The notes under the pieces were generated by a model. It made no database searches, had not been told where the DNA came from, and saw only the letters and a list, made by a program, of their open reading frames with translations. This document shows, in pieces, positions 49,469-59,016 of a stretch of DNA of 64,000 bases. Both the position numbers and the translations under genes were made by a program. Position 1 is the first letter of the stretch, and every line of letters starts with the position of its first letter. Where the stretch lies: positions 2,208-66,207 of the forward strand of contig CAKSRC010000003.1 in NCBI GenBank assembly GCA_934486915.1, written 5' to 3'. The DNA is from an uncultured Eubacteriales bacterium (GTDB lineage Bacteria > Bacillota > Clostridia > Oscillospirales > Acutalibacteraceae).

Positions 49469-52138
49469 TTACTCTATACAAACTTTTGCACTTGATCGTC
49501 TTTTTGATATAGCACTTAAAATTCTCTTTTCAATTTCAACAATCACTAAGGGAGAAAGCGATAAAGCCGCTACTATTACCCAAGCATTTGTAGGCAATGG
49601 AATTGTCTTAAATATCATAGCAATGGGCTCTATTGACACAACTGATACTTGCAATATTAAACACACAATAAAAGAAAGTACCATCTTAATATTTCCAAAA
49701 AATCCTATCTCAAAAAGTGAATGTTCGCTTCTAACATTAAACGCATGAACAATTTGTGATAAGCTTAAAACACAAAATGCCATTGTTCTTCCATAAACAG
49801 GTGCTGAATGTCCATCAAAAAATACTTTTCCTATAACAAATGCCAAAAGAGATATTGCCCCTATAAATGTGCCCTCAACTGCTATATAATAAGCCATTTT
49901 CCCACCTAACAATTTCTTTTTAGGGTCAACGGGCTTTTGGTTCATTATGTCTTGGTCAACGGGTTCGACTCCCAAGGCTAAAGCCGGCAAAGAGTCGGTC
50001 ACTAGATTTACCCACAAAAGTTGAATTGCGAGCAACGGTGTGGGAAGGTTTAGTAAAAATGCAGTCAAAACAGTTATGATTTCTCCAATATTGCTTGAAA
50101 TCAAGAAATGCACAGTCTTCTTTATATTTTCAAATATTCCTCTTCCCTGCTTAACCGCCTCGATTATAGTAGAGAAATTATCATCAGTAAGTATCATATC
50201 TGCAGCACCCTTAGCTACATCAGTGCCGCTAATACCCATAGCACAACCTATATCCGCCGCCTTTAAGGCCGGCGCATCATTTACCCCGTCACCGGTCATT
50301 GCGACAACAGCACCCTTTTTTTGAAATGCCTTTACTATTTTAACCTTATGTTCAGGCGAAACACGTGCAAAGACTGAATAAGAGAATATATTCCTCTCAA
50401 ACTCGTCTTGAGGCATTTTGTCTATTTGTTCACCTGAAATTGCTCTATCAGTGTTTGATAAAATATTAAGTTCACGAGCAATTGCCTTGGCGGTTATAAT
50501 ATGATCTCCCGTTATCATGACGGGTTTTATGCCCGCTGCAATGCAATCCTTAACCGCCTGCTTTGCTCCTATCCTTGGAGGGTCTATCATTCCTACAAGT
50601 CCACAAAAACAAAGGTCCCCCTCTATTTCGGCATTATTATTTGGGATATAATCAATATCCTTAAATGCGACAGCCAACACCCTAAGAGCTTTAGAGGCCA
50701 TCTCTTCATTTTCTATTATTACTTTATTTCTATAATTTGTATTAAGCATTTCCCTGCCGTTATCAGTACGTATTTTTGTGCAGTAATTTAACAATACATC
50801 AGGAGCACCCTTGGTTATTACCCTATAATGCCCTGCGGACAATTTATGTATGGTAGTCATTAGCTTTCTTTTAGAGTCAAATGGTATCTCGTGAACTCTT
50901 GGAAACTGCCTATCCAATGATAACTTGACTTTTCCATTGTTAGCAGCCGCTAAAACCAATGCTTTTTCAGTCGGTTCACCCGAGGCCTTATAATCACCAA
51001 ACTTTCCTGTAAGGTTGGAATTATTGCAAAGAGCAAGATAAGATAAAATGTCCAATGCTTCACTTGATGACATATTAAGTTGGCCATTTATCGAGTGTAT
51101 CTCAGTTACTGTCATTTTATTTTGAGTAAGAGTCCCTGTCTTATCAGAGCATATGACACTTGCGCTTCCAAGGGTTTCGACGGCCGGAAGTTTTCTTATA
51201 ATGGCACGGCTTATTGCCATTCTCTTTACTCCTATGGCGAGTACTATCGTCACAACAGCCGGCAAGCCTTCGGGTATAGCTGCAACTGCCAAACTTATAG
51301 ATATCATAAACATTTCAATAGGTGGAATATTTTGTACGACACCCAAAATGAATATAATAAAGCATATTACCAATGCGCCAATACCTAAATATTTACCCGT
51401 TTGAGCAAGTTTTGCCTGCAATGGAGTTTGAGGAGAAACCCCCTCGTTTATAAGGTCTGCTATTTTTCCGACTTGAGTATTCATTCCTGTTTCGACTACC
51501 ACGCAAAGTGCATGGCCTGCGGTTATCGAGCTTGAAGAATAAACCATGTTGTGTCTATCTGCAATCGTCTTGCCGGAATGAAGCAATGTATCAGGGTCCT
51601 TATCGACCGGCAAAGATTCCCCGGTAAGAGCCGATTCTTCTGCCTTTAAGTTAGTGCTTTTTATAATTCTGGCGTCAGCCGGTACAAAATCTCCGGTATT
51701 TAAAACCAAAATATCCCCCGGCACAAGCTCTTCTGAATCAATTAGGCTTTCTACCCCGTTTCGTATAACTCTTGCCTTAGGAGCTGAAAGCTTTTTTAAA
51801 GAATCTATAGCCTTTTCGGCCTTGCTTTCTTGTATAACCCCTATTAAAGCATTCATTATAACTATTGCCAATATTATTATTGAGTCTATGTAATCGTTAT
51901 TGTGCTCAATTATAGATGTAGCAAAAGATATACCCGATGCTATCAAAAGGATAATAACCATAAAATCTGAAAATTGTTCCAAAAACTTAGTAAACACACT
52001 TTTGGGCTTTTTTTCTTTTAGTTTATTCAATCCATATTTTAATTGAAATTCCTTTACTTGTTTTGAATTTAGTCCTTGATTTTCAGAAACATTAAACTTA
52101 TTTAAAATTTCCTTAGCTTCCATGTTATGCCAAATCAT
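49469..52138 (-). CDS. P-type Ca2+-transporting ATPase (P2-type, YloB-like)
   Basis: 889 aa; TGES, CSDKTGTLT, MITGDH, TGDGVNDAPALK; 10 TM. Confidence 0.9.
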   Translation of the reverse strand: MIWHNMEAKEILNKFNVSENQGLNSKQVKEFQLKYGLNKLKEKKPKSVFTKFLEQFSDFMVIILLIASGISFATSIIEHNNDYIDSIIILAIVIMNALIGVIQESKAEKAIDSLKKLSAPKARVIRNGVESLIDSEELVPGDILVLNTGDFVPADARIIKSTNLKAEESALTGESLPVDKDPDTLLHSGKTIADRHNMVYSSSSITAGHALCVVVETGMNTQVGKIADLINEGVSPQTPLQAKLAQTGKYLGIGALVICFIIFILGVVQNIPPIEMFMISISLAVAAIPEGLPAVVTIVLAIGVKRMAISRAIIRKLPAVETLGSASVICSDKTGTLTQNKMTVTEIHSINGQLNMSSSEALDILSYLALCNNSNLTGKFGDYKASGEPTEKALVLAAANNGKVKLSLDRQFPRVHEIPFDSKRKLMTTIHKLSAGHYRVITKGAPDVLLNYCTKIRTDNGREMLNTNYRNKVIIENEEMASKALRVLAVAFKDIDYIPNNNAEIEGDLCFCGLVGMIDPPRIGAKQAVKDCIAAGIKPVMITGDHIITAKAIARELNILSNTDRAISGEQIDKMPQDEFERNIFSYSVFARVSPEHKVKIVKAFQKKGAVVAMTGDGVNDAPALKAADIGCAMGISGTDVAKGAADMILTDDNFSTIIEAVKQGRGIFENIKKTVHFLISSNIGEIITVLTAFLLNLPTPLLAIQLLWVNLVTDSLPALALGVEPVDQDIMNQKPVDPKKKLLGGKMAYYIAVEGTFIGAISLLAFVIGKVFFDGHSAPVYGRTMAFCVLSLSQIVHAFNVRSEHSLFEIGFFGNIKMVLSFIVCLILQVSVVSIEPIAMIFKTIPLPTNAWVIVAALSLSPLVIVEIEKRILSAISKRRSSAKVCIE

Positions 52139-52258
52139 ATTATCATCCCCAAACTTTAAAAACTTGTCTTAATATATATATTTAAGATTTTATAATATAT
52201 TACTTCTTCCCAAAAATTACTAATTCCATATTATATTAGTAAGGGGGATGAAGGCTTT

Positions 52259-52894
52259 ATGGAATTCTATTTAGGTATTGGACTTCTTGCTATATCACTT
52301 AGTATAGATGCTTTGGGAATAGGGCTTTCATACGGCCTTAGAAAAATACAAATACCAATATTAGCAAAATTAATAATATGTTTTATATCGATGGTGTTCA
52401 CCGAAATAGCAATTTTAATTGGAGACGTAATTAAAAACTTCTTACCCGATATTATTTCAAAAGGTATAGGAAGTTTGATGCTATTAGTCTTGGGGATATT
52501 TATAATAGTTCAAGCATTTATAAAAAAAGAGAAACCGCCAAAACAAAAAAGCTCATCATTTTCATTTGAATTTTTAGGGGTGACAGTTAATATTATAAGA
52601 AACCCAAGCTCTTGCGATTTTGATAAATCCTGCGACATAGATGCACTCGAGGCTATATATTTAGGTACGGCCCTTTCTATAGATTCTTTTGGTGCAGGAG
52701 TCTCAAGCGCCGTGACAGGCCTTAATTCTATATTAATCCCGCTAACTGTAGGCCTATTTCAAATTTTATTTTTATATTTTGGAAATATACTTGGAAAAAA
52801 AGTCTCATCATTTAAAAAATTGGATTCAAAAGTATTTGTAGTTTTATCAGGGGCATTAATGATTATACTTGCCGCAATAAGATTTTTAATTTGA
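52259..52894 (+). CDS. ytaF: sporulation membrane protein YtaF (MntP-like)
   Basis: 211 aa; duplicated SIDALGIG / SIDSFGAG half-domains. Confidence 0.8.
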   Translation: MEFYLGIGLLAISLSIDALGIGLSYGLRKIQIPILAKLIICFISMVFTEIAILIGDVIKNFLPDIISKGIGSLMLLVLGIFIIVQAFIKKEKPPKQKSSSFSFEFLGVTVNIIRNPSSCDFDKSCDIDALEAIYLGTALSIDSFGAGVSSAVTGLNSILIPLTVGLFQILFLYFGNILGKKVSSFKKLDSKVFVVLSGALMIILAAIRFLI

Positions 52895-53030
52895 TTTATT
52901 AATTGGTTTTACTTTAAAATTTTTCCTAGAAAGCCAAGAATAAAACAAGCATCGATGTTAATAATAATATTTGTCGATAGGAAAAAGTTCTTCACGTCGA
53001 CTTAGCATCTTAGCAGGAGGTGAAATAAAA

Positions 53031-53168
53031 ATGGAAAAGCAATCTTCAAACAAAAAGAATAACCAATTCAGCAACAAAAAGAACAACAACAATAACAACA
53101 ACCAATTCAACAATAAAAAAGAAAACAACAATAACTGCAATAATAACATCAACAATTTTGAGGATTAA
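53031..53168 (+). CDS. Asn/Lys-rich 45-aa peptide (possible minor spore protein)
   Basis: ATG 53031 follows RBS AGGAGGTGA; MEKQSSNKKNNQFSNKKNNNNNNNQFNNKKENNNNCNNNINNFED; strong terminator downstream. Confidence 0.55.
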   Translation: MEKQSSNKKNNQFSNKKNNNNNNNQFNNKKENNNNCNNNINNFED

Positions 53169-53214
53169 TTTTTTGAAACCTCTAAACATTAACAAATTAT
53201 CGTAGTCAATAGAT

Positions 53215-53250
53215 ACTAAAGGGGACCTTATGCGTCCCCTTTAGTATTTG
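53215..53250 (+). terminator. rho-independent terminator after Asn-rich peptide gene
   Basis: ACTAAAGGGGAC / GTCCCCTTTAGT stem followed by ATTTG. Confidence 0.75.
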
Positions 53251-53255
53251 TTAAA

Positions 53256-53292
53256 ATAAAAAAGGTCTATCGAGTTTATATATCGATAGACC
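53256..53292 (-). terminator. rho-independent terminator after P-type ATPase
   Basis: GGTCTATCGA / TCGATAGACC stem followed by TTTTTTATTTT on the minus strand. Confidence 0.75.
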
Positions 53293-53298
53293 CTTTAT

Positions 53299-55668
53299 TT
53301 AATCTTTTAACCTCTTGCCAAACAACTTAAGCATTAACATAAAAAAGACCGTTGCCGCCAAAATGAGAAAAGCAAGATACAAGCCAAGCTCCATTGTAAG
53401 GCTCGACAAAGAGAAAAATCCCTTTAGCGTAAAAATACATATTGTAAATCCTAGTGCCATAGATATAAATAATATTTTCCTTATATTATCAAATGGTATT
53501 GAAATTTTATAAAGAAGCATTAATCCCGTATACCCAGTAAGTATAACTGATAATGTAGAAGAGTTTTGATACGAAAGCGAAAACACATTACTTAATATAA
53601 CTATCAATATTATATTAAATACAACCGTAAGTGCCCCTGGGAATGCCTTGCTTATAATATTCAAAAGGAAATTCCCCTTAATTCTTTCCTTATTGGGCTC
53701 AAGAGCCAAAATAAACGACGGAATACCTATAGTAAACATACTTGTAAGCGTCATTTGTATTGGCATAAAGGGATAATGCATTTTTATAAAAAGAAAGATA
53801 ACGGCAAGTAAAGTTGAATATATTGTCTTTACAAGAAACAATGAGGCCGAACGCTGGATATTATTTATAGACCTTCGTCCTTCCGCCACAACCCTTGGCA
53901 TGGAATCAAAGTTGGAGTCAAGAAGCACCAATTGAGAAACACTTCTTGCCGCCTCACTTCCAGAAGCAACTGCAATACTGCAGTCCGCCTCCTTTAGTGC
54001 CAACACATCATTTACACCATCGCCCGTCATAGCAACAGTCTTGCCTTTCTCCTTAAGAGCTACAACTATTTCTTTTTTTTGCATAGGAGAAACCCTGCCA
54101 AAAATCGTATATTTATCGACAGCATTTTTAATGTCCTCATCAGTCTTTAATGTAGAAGCGTCTATATATTTATCATAGCCCTTCATACCAACACTTTTCG
54201 CAATATTTGAAACGGTCTTTACATTATCGCCTGAAATAATCTTAATATCAACACCTTGCTCTTCAAAATATTCCAATGTTTTTTTTGCACTTGGCCTTAT
54301 TGTATCATTTATTAAAATAAGTGCCATTGCCTCAATATTATTGGGAAGCTCATTATTTTCGCAAAGAACTTCGCTTGAATGTACAAGTATCAATACTCTA
54401 TTTTGATCTATATACTTTTCGACTTCACTTTCTATGTCACTTCTATTTTCCAAGGAATTTTTTAATACCATTTCAGGTGCACCAATAATATAACTTCCTT
54501 TTTCCTCAAATGACGCACCCGACCACTTTTTATCTGAAGAAAACGGCACTGTTTTAATAATCTTATAGTTTGATTCGCAGTTATATGCCCTTTTAATAGC
54601 ATTGAATGTAGAATTATTATCTGTCAAATTACCGCTTAATGCATTTAATGCCTTATCAATATCATCATCTATGCCGTCCTTTAGAGGTATTATGTTGGAA
54701 ACCTCCATATTTGAATCCGTGAGTGTCCCCGTTTTATCAAGGCACAATGTATCTACCCTTGCCAAAGTTTCTATGCAATAAAGCTCCTGCACCAAAACCT
54801 TATGCCTTGAAAGCCTTATAATTCCCACTGCAAGCACCGTGCTTGTAAGCAAAACTAAACCTTCGGGTATCATTCCAATCAATGCCGCGACAGTATTCAC
54901 GACTGCATTATTATAATTGCCGGCAGAAATAGAAAGTTGATTCCAAAATAAGAATGCCCCTATTGGTATTATCAATATTGAAACTGTCTTTATGATCTTA
55001 TTTATCGTTGTCATAATCTCAGAGTTGATTTTCTTTACATACTTTGCTTGATTTGATATTTTATTTGCATAATTATCATCACCTATATGCTCAACCTTTG
55101 CCTTGCATTTCCCGCTTACGACAAAACTCCCCGAAAATAGGCTGTCGCCGGTCTTTTTATTTATAAGGTCGGATTCGCCTGTCAAAAGAGCCTCATTAAC
55201 ATCAAGTTCACCATGCATTAAAATGCAATCTGCCACGATTTGGTTTCCCGGCTCCAAACACAAAATATCATCTAATACAATCTCACTTGGATGAATTTCA
55301 TGTATTTTACCATCTCTTAATACCTTTACCTTAATAGATGAAATAATAGAAAGTTTATCAACTGTTATTTTCGCTCTAATCTCTTGATAGGTACTTATAA
55401 CAGTATTACAAATTACGACTCCCATAAAAATTAAATTCTTATATGAGCCTACAATAAAGACTGCTAACGCTAAAGCAAAATTAAGCAAATTAAAAAGAGT
55501 AAATAGGTTATCCCTAACTATCCTTTTAATTGACTTGGTTTTTAACCCCGTATCAATATTAGATAGGCCCATTTCTTTTCTTTGCTCTACTTGAGTAGAA
55601 GAAAGCCCACAATCGATATCAGGATTTATTCTCTTTATATTTTTAGTATTTACAGCATTTTGCTTCAT
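53299..55668 (-). CDS. cation-translocating P-type ATPase (HAD-IC)
   Basis: 789 aa; TGES, LDKTGTLT, ISGDN, TGDGVNDVLALK. Confidence 0.9.
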   Translation of the reverse strand: MKQNAVNTKNIKRINPDIDCGLSSTQVEQRKEMGLSNIDTGLKTKSIKRIVRDNLFTLFNLLNFALALAVFIVGSYKNLIFMGVVICNTVISTYQEIRAKITVDKLSIISSIKVKVLRDGKIHEIHPSEIVLDDILCLEPGNQIVADCILMHGELDVNEALLTGESDLINKKTGDSLFSGSFVVSGKCKAKVEHIGDDNYANKISNQAKYVKKINSEIMTTINKIIKTVSILIIPIGAFLFWNQLSISAGNYNNAVVNTVAALIGMIPEGLVLLTSTVLAVGIIRLSRHKVLVQELYCIETLARVDTLCLDKTGTLTDSNMEVSNIIPLKDGIDDDIDKALNALSGNLTDNNSTFNAIKRAYNCESNYKIIKTVPFSSDKKWSGASFEEKGSYIIGAPEMVLKNSLENRSDIESEVEKYIDQNRVLILVHSSEVLCENNELPNNIEAMALILINDTIRPSAKKTLEYFEEQGVDIKIISGDNVKTVSNIAKSVGMKGYDKYIDASTLKTDEDIKNAVDKYTIFGRVSPMQKKEIVVALKEKGKTVAMTGDGVNDVLALKEADCSIAVASGSEAARSVSQLVLLDSNFDSMPRVVAEGRRSINNIQRSASLFLVKTIYSTLLAVIFLFIKMHYPFMPIQMTLTSMFTIGIPSFILALEPNKERIKGNFLLNIISKAFPGALTVVFNIILIVILSNVFSLSYQNSSTLSVILTGYTGLMLLYKISIPFDNIRKILFISMALGFTICIFTLKGFFSLSSLTMELGLYLAFLILAATVFFMLMLKLFGKRLKD

Positions 55669-55802
55669 TATATTGGGCCTCCAAGGAGATTATTTTTATA
55701 AAATAATAATTAAATCAAATCTTCAAGCATAAAGTTATAATATATGCAATTTAAAAATCTTTTGATTCTGGTATTAACATTAATAAGAAAAGGGGAATAA
55801 AC

Positions 55803-56096
55803 TTGGGTTGTAGAATAGTAGAATTGCGGCATAAAGAAGTAATCGACATAAAAACCGGCACACGACTCGGCTGCGTATGTGATGTTGAGGTTGATATGAA
55901 GTGCGCAAAATTGGTCGCTGTTATAATATATGGCAGGCCAAAGTGTTTGGGTCTATTTGGACGTGAAGAAGACATAATCATAAGATGGGACGAAATAGAA
56001 GTTGTTGGTGAAGATACAATATTAGTTTGCCACAACGTTTGCTGCAGAATGAAAAAAAGAAAATGCCGTAATATCTTTAAAAACTTCTTTAGATAA
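55803..56096 (+). CDS. YlmC/YmxH family sporulation protein (PRC barrel)
   Basis: TTG start after RBS AAGGGGA; ELRHKEVIDIKTG.RLG...D.E.D......I. Confidence 0.8.
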   Translation: MGCRIVELRHKEVIDIKTGTRLGCVCDVEVDMKCAKLVAVIIYGRPKCLGLFGREEDIIIRWDEIEVVGEDTILVCHNVCCRMKKRKCRNIFKNFFR

Positions 56097-56105
56097 GCTA
56101 AAAGC

Positions 56106-56675
56106 CTATCGTTTCAACCTGCGGGCTCCCTTTTTGCGGCTATGTTTTCCTTTATTTTGCAAAGCCTTATAAATAGATATATTAAATAAAGCCACCACCA
56201 CTCCAAGTAAGGCTCCCGCTACGACATCGCTTGGAAAATGAACAAATAAATACATCCTTGAGAAACCCATCACGACTGCAAATATGAAAGCTAAAATGCC
56301 TAATTTTTTATTCATAAAACAAATGACAGTCGCCGCCGCAAATGAAAGATATGTGTGGCCCGACGGGAAAGAAAATCCTCCCGGGTGCCTAATTAAAATA
56401 TCTACCTCTTTAAAAACATCACATGGTCTTGAACGTGCAATTAAGGGCTTTATCACAAAGCTCCCCAAGCACCCGGTAAGAGCTAAAGTTACAAAAAGCA
56501 ATACTCCATAACGTCTATACCTTTTTATTATCATCAAAACAATTGAAATTATAAACCATATCGCACCTAAATTTCCAAGTGATGTTATGTTTACCATTAT
56601 CTTATCCAATATTGGATTATGTAGCGACTGCAAATAAAATAAAATATCAAATTCTATGTCTTGAAAATTTTCCAT
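56106..56675 (-). CDS. PAP2 family phosphatase (undecaprenyl-diphosphatase-like)
   Basis: KPLIARSRP, FPSGHT, SRMYLFVHFPSDV. ATG 56675 is preferred because the longer ORF (to 56750) would be encoded by the complement of repeat copy E. Confidence 0.85.
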   Translation of the reverse strand: MENFQDIEFDILFYLQSLHNPILDKIMVNITSLGNLGAIWFIISIVLMIIKRYRRYGVLLFVTLALTGCLGSFVIKPLIARSRPCDVFKEVDILIRHPGGFSFPSGHTYLSFAAATVICFMNKKLGILAFIFAVVMGFSRMYLFVHFPSDVVAGALLGVVVALFNISIYKALQNKGKHSRKKGARRLKR

Positions 56676-56704
56676 TTGTATATATCCTTTCTTTTGCTTT
56701 TTTA

Positions 56705-56883
56705 ATTTAAATCGAGGGGCTTTCTTCTTTGCTTGCAAACAGCAGAGCATACGACAAATTGCAAGCAGCGCAAGTGGAACATTAGCTCTTTAGTGTTTCA
56801 GTGGAGGATTATGTTCCCCTCTGAAATCTTGGATGGAACCCGCCGCCTTAAGAGGCGATGGACATCTGTACTTTGATTATAAT
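56705..56883 (+). repeat. structured dispersed element, copy E (long variant; abuts sigK ribosome-binding site)
   Basis: ATTTAAATCGAGGGGCTTTCTTCTTTGCTTGCAAACAGCAGAGCATACGACAAATTGCAAGCAGCGCAAGTGGAACATTAGCTCTTTAGTGTTTCAGTGGAGG...CCCCTCTGAAATCTTGGATGGAACCCGCCGCCTTAAGAGGCG..ACATCTGTACTTTGATTATAAT. Confidence 0.85.
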
Positions 56884-56900
56884 TTAAGGGGGGAAAATAT

Positions 56901-57599
56901 ATGTTTTCCGGAATTTTTAGTTCTATTTTAAATAATTTACTTTTTCTTATTTTGCATGTAAGCGGTTCGGGTACTTTTCCAAAACCACTTTCCGCAAAAA
57001 AGGAAAGAGAGTACTTAGAACTTCTTCAAAACGGCGACCAAGAGGCAAAAAACAAACTTATAGAGCACAATTTAAGGCTTGTCGCTCACGTAATAAAAAA
57101 ATATTACGCGAGTACCAGCGACCAAGATGACTTAGTTTCAATAGGTACCATAGGTCTTATAAAAGCTATCAATACATTCAAGCCCGATAAAGGAACAAGG
57201 CTTTCAAGCTATGCCGCAAGATGCATAGAAAATGAAGTTTTAATGTTTTTTAGAAACAGCAAAAAAAGTTTGCAAGATGTCTCCATGAACGAGCCTATCG
57301 AAACCGATAAAGACGGCAATGCCCTTACATTAATGGACACAATGGCCGAAGAGGACTCTATAATCGATCAACTTGATGTAAAATTTAAGTCTGAAAAACT
57401 AAATACATATATGCTCAATGCTCTTTCAAAACGGGAACGTGAAATAATCAAACTTCGCTATGGATTATGTGGAGTAAAACCACTCACGCAAAGAGAAGTC
57501 GCAAAAAAAATGAATATCTCAAGGTCATATGTCTCGAGAATAGAAAAAAAGGCTTTGCTTTCTCTAAGAAAACAATTTGAAAAACATGGCGATGTCTAA
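56901..57599 (+). CDS. sigK: sporulation sigma factor SigK (pro-sigma-K, uninterrupted)
   Basis: Pro-sequence ...HVSGSGTFPKPLS, LIEHNLRLVAHVIKKY, SIGTIGLIKAINTF, YAARCIENEVLM. Confidence 0.85.
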   Translation: MFSGIFSSILNNLLFLILHVSGSGTFPKPLSAKKEREYLELLQNGDQEAKNKLIEHNLRLVAHVIKKYYASTSDQDDLVSIGTIGLIKAINTFKPDKGTRLSSYAARCIENEVLMFFRNSKKSLQDVSMNEPIETDKDGNALTLMDTMAEEDSIIDQLDVKFKSEKLNTYMLNALSKREREIIKLRYGLCGVKPLTQREVAKKMNISRSYVSRIEKKALLSLRKQFEKHGDV

Positions 57600-57602
57600 A
57601 GT

Positions 57603-58091
57603 TTAGTATCCAAACTTCCCTATTATTGACTCATCATTCTTAACCCAATCTTCAACATTGGTAATATTGTATTCATCTTTAGATACCCTAACAATTACCT
57701 CTTTAATGCCCGCATTTATTATTAAGCGTTTACACATAGAGCATGACGATGCATCCTTTACATATTCCCCGCTTGGAACTACTTTTCCAACTAAATATAA
57801 GGATGCACCCAACATCTCGCTTCTTGATGCATGGATAATGGCGTTTGCCTCGGCGTGGACTGAGCGGCAAAGTTCATATCTTTCCCCTCTTGGGATTCCT
57901 AAAGATTCTCTTATACATTTTCCTATATCAATACAATTTTCTCTTCCTCTTGGCGCTCCATTATAACCCGAGGATATTATTTGATCATTATTTACCAATA
58001 TTGCCCCATAGTTTTTTCTTAGGCAAGTCCCCCTTTCCGAAACCACCTCGGCTATATCTAAATAATAGTTACTTTTATCCCGTCGATCCAC
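57603..58091 (-). CDS. dCMP deaminase (ComEB family)
   Basis: HAEANAI...PCSMCKRLII zinc motif (HAE...C..C). Confidence 0.85.
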   Translation of the reverse strand: MDRRDKSNYYLDIAEVVSERGTCLRKNYGAILVNNDQIISSGYNGAPRGRENCIDIGKCIRESLGIPRGERYELCRSVHAEANAIIHASRSEMLGASLYLVGKVVPSGEYVKDASSCSMCKRLIINAGIKEVIVRVSKDEYNITNVEDWVKNDESIIGKFGY

Positions 58092-58228
58092 AAATGAATT
58101 CCCCTTTGCAAATTATCTATTTATATATTTTACCCTATGATTGTTCTAATTACAACAGACCCTTAATTATTAAGGCCATATTTTAACACCTTTATTACAT
58201 CCATTATCAGCACCTAACCTTCCGTTTC

Positions 58229-58257
58229 TTGCATAAAATAATGATATGTAGTATAAT
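58229..58257 (+). promoter_or_regulatory. sigma-A-type promoter for glycan gene cluster
   Basis: TTGCAT (58229-58234), 17-nt spacer, TATAAT (58252-58257). Confidence 0.65.
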
Positions 58258-58302
58258 AAACCTCGATTTTAGTATATTTTTTGTGTTAGGCGAGGTGAAA
58301 AT

Positions 58303-58989
58303 ATGTTAATGAAAAATTGGGAAGATATCCCCAAGGATATCAAAAATGATGAGGTTAAAATATATTACGATATACTAAAAGATAGGGAAATCAGCCTTTT
58401 AATTAAGCGCTGTTTTGATATTTTATTTTCCTTGATTCTATTGGTGTTATTGTCGCCTGCTTTTCTTTTGATCGCCATATTAATTAAATTTGATTCAAAA
58501 GGGCCTATATTCTTTAGGCAAGAACGAGTCACTAAATATAAAAGAATATTTAAGATATTTAAATTTAGAACCATGGTGAATAATGCCGACAAAATCGGCT
58601 CACAAGTGACGGTGGAAAATGACAGTAGGGTCACTAAAATAGGAAAATATTTAAGGAAAGTACGCTTAGACGAGATTCCTCAGCTTATTAATATACTAAT
58701 AGGCGATATGAGCTTTGTTGGGACAAGGCCTGAGGTTCTTAAATATGTCGATCGATACAGCGATGCAATGAAGGCTACTCTTTTAATGCCCGCCGGCGTC
58801 ACTTCTTTGGCAAGCATTAAATTTAAAGATGAAGAAAAACTTTTAAATGACAAGGAAAACGTCGACGACGTTTACGTAAATGAAGTACTTCCTTTAAAAA
58901 TGGAATATAACCTTGAATACATAAAAAGATTTAATTTCTTTTATGATATAAAACTTTTATTTAAAACGTTTTTTGCAGTAATCAAGTAA
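58303..58989 (+). CDS. undecaprenyl-phosphate sugar phosphotransferase (PglC/EpsL-like small initiating transferase)
   Basis: KRCFDILFSL...GPIFFRQERV...FKFRTM...DEIPQLINILIGDMSFVGTRP. Confidence 0.9.
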   Translation: MLMKNWEDIPKDIKNDEVKIYYDILKDREISLLIKRCFDILFSLILLVLLSPAFLLIAILIKFDSKGPIFFRQERVTKYKRIFKIFKFRTMVNNADKIGSQVTVENDSRVTKIGKYLRKVRLDEIPQLINILIGDMSFVGTRPEVLKYVDRYSDAMKATLLMPAGVTSLASIKFKDEEKLLNDKENVDDVYVNEVLPLKMEYNLEYIKRFNFFYDIKLLFKTFFAVIK

Positions 58990-59016
58990 AAAACTTAGGA
59001 GATGTATTAATTCGAT

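Noticed and set aside
49437-49748. 103-aa plus-strand ORF after the SEDS gene.
   Set aside because: It starts inside the bidirectional terminator and runs antisense through the 3' end of the Ca-ATPase gene. It has no RBS.
52958-53155. 65-aa Leu-rich ORF on the minus strand overlapping the Asn-rich peptide gene.
   Set aside because: It is the reverse-frame image of the AAC/AAT repeats. It has no SD. The plus-strand ORF has a perfect SD and a terminator.
56676-56750. N-terminal 25-residue extension (MLCCLQAKKKAPRFKLKKQKKGYIQ) of the PAP2 ORF.
   Set aside because: It is encoded by the reverse complement of repeat copy E, which is noncoding at its four other locations. The internal ATG 56675 has an RBS-like AAAGGA and yields a normal PAP2 N-terminus.
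56901-57599. Checked sigK for interruption by a skin-like element.
   Set aside because: The ORF is continuous from the pro-sequence to region 4.2, so there is no intervening element.
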